Shown: piece after piece, positions 62,101 through 64,000 of the stretch
Position numbering within the stretch: position 1 is the stretch's first letter
How the letters are laid out: each line of letters opens with the position of its first letter
Source: Squalus acanthias
Lineage: Eukaryota
Reading direction: 5' to 3'
Assembly: GCA_030390025.1 (NCBI GenBank)
Contig: CM059431.1
Location: 50,902,001-50,966,000, forward strand
Length of the DNA stretch: 64,000 nucleotides
Notes under the pieces: generated by a model
The model's input: the letters and a program-made list of their open reading frames with translations, nothing else
Databases searched by the model: none
Told to the model about the DNA's origin: nothing
Translations under genes and position numbers: made by a program

Positions 62101-64000
62101 ATTAGGCGCTAAACTCGAAGCTTATTATACTGAATCAACATTGTTGCGTACTGTGCTATGTTTTGAATGGTTTTATTTTTAAAAGTTATACTTGGAGTTT
62201 TCAGAAAATAAAGTACTAAATATGCAGACAGATTTTCCCTTCATGTGATATAACCTGTACCATTAGTGACAGTCCGGATGTCTCTTGAATATCAATATAT
62301 CAGATTTTATTAATTGCGAGGCTGGGAACTGTGCATCAAACAGTTATCGGCCGAAGAGGCACACAGATATCCATCTCATTGCATTTTATAGAAGCTTTAC
62401 GTGGGGGGCCCTTCTCTCTCCCCATCCCCCCCCCCCCCCCAACCATTCCCGACCGTATTGGGTTTTAATCTTATACAAGATAAAACCGAATCAAACACGA
62501 ACATGAACTGTGTAGCCGCGAAATCTTTTTGAAAGATATATTTTGGTGTTAAATAATAAATGATTAGGACCGCGAATGGTCGGCACAGACTTGGATCTTA
62601 GCATGTTCGATTTTAATTTGGATTGCTGTTATTTTAGTGCGATATGGCCACGTTTTATGACTTATATAGCAGTGCACACTTAGCATATATTAAAAGGGAA
62701 TAAATATGGATAGCAAAAGGTATGTTCCCTTTTGCTGTTTTATGTCATAGAAAAACGTGAATGTTATTTTGAAGAATGGGGCTCTGGTGGTAGATTGCAA
62801 TAGCTACTTCACAGTGTGACTGCTCCGGGTGCTTTGTTGTGTACTGGTTTCATGTTAGAATATGCTTATCATTCATCCCTGTTTCTTGGCTGTATTTATA
62901 TTGGTTTTGTATTAGGGGTTACATACGACGATGGTAGAAGCCGGATAGCATCTATCCGGGGACATATTTCAATTGTTTCAAGATCAGGATGTGTGTGTCA
63001 CCTATTCTGTATTATGTCTCCCAGAGGCCCTGTGCATTTTATATAGTTTGAATTAGATCTGTGTGTATGGTGCCTATCTCCGAGCCAGTAACGGCGTGTA
63101 ATAGTTAGAGCTCAATAGCAATGCTTTTCTTTTGGTGTTTTACACACAGGTTCTGGTTTTCTTGCAGGTGACGGTATTTGTAACACATGCCCATTTAATT
63201 TTTTTTTTTAAACCTTCACATCGATTTGATATTGGAAGGTGCATATTACCTGTCATGTGACTGCAGCTTGTCACGTTTTATTTGATGCAATCGTGATATT
63301 GGAATATACACATTATTCTTGTATAAATAAGCTTTTTGCAGCGGTTGCAAGGCTCTTTGACGTGAAATATTGTTCCAAATATTCAAATGTATCTGTTTTT
63401 CAACACAGCCTGGGAAGAATTTCTAACACGTATTAAGTCAACGCGTCTTTTTGTCGCTGTTTTCTGTTAGTTGACATCGGTTAAGTCTGAGCGTGCGGTT
63501 GGAGACTACATGGAGCCCGCTGTCAGAGCCTGGGTGCAGATCGCAGCAGTTGCAGCTCCCCGTGGCTGCTCTTTTACTTCTCATTGTTGTAATACGCGTC
63601 TCCGCGAGTGGGTGCGGATTGTAATAGTTGCACTCGGCGTGGCCGCTCTGTTTTTGTTTGTCAAACAGGGCTCGTCCCCTGGGAGCTGGGCATGTGGCGT
63701 ATCCCTGCCTAGGATTACATTAATCAAAGCATTATTTCCCGAGGGATTCCCGCACACAAATGATAGTAAATCCTAATAAAATTGGATTGCTGAGAAATGG
63801 AGAGCCAAAGTAACCTGTTCTCTTAAGATAAACACTAAAACCAAATGATCTCGATCTTGGACCTCCTCCGAACTTCACTGCATCCACACCAAACTATAAC
63901 TACAACCGTGACATGGGGATATTTTACATTATAAGTGGTCTATTGCAAACATCTCGGGCTTGTCAGGGCAATGCGCAGGACTCCAGCATCCAATGACTTC

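Overview
Vertebrate genomic DNA, very probably from a cartilaginous fish (shark). That call is inferred from the repeat complement: HE1-like V-SINE, Deu-domain SINEs, CR1/L2/RTE/Vingi LINEs, Penelope and Harbinger relics. The only host protein-coding gene is an intronless class III POU gene, POU3F3/Brn-1 (55237-56409, minus strand). The window has two parts. Bases ~1-32,900 are TE-rich and CpG-poor. They hold two decayed two-gene Harbinger transposons (transposase plus a spliced Myb/SANT-like gene), several related MITEs, nested retroelements with readable target-site duplications, a Penelope fragment carrying a minimal hammerhead ribozyme, and one enhancer-like non-coding block (~26.8-27.6 kb). 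Bases ~32,900-64,000 are TE-poor, AT-rich but CpG-retaining around POU3F3; this domain begins at a strong CTCF-like motif. I cannot demonstrate a new biological system from sequence alone. The best leads are the Harbinger/MITE family with possible 2-bp TSDs, the CTCF-bounded CpG-retaining domain, and candidate regulatory or lncRNA elements of POU3F3. All coordinates and alignments were read by eye.
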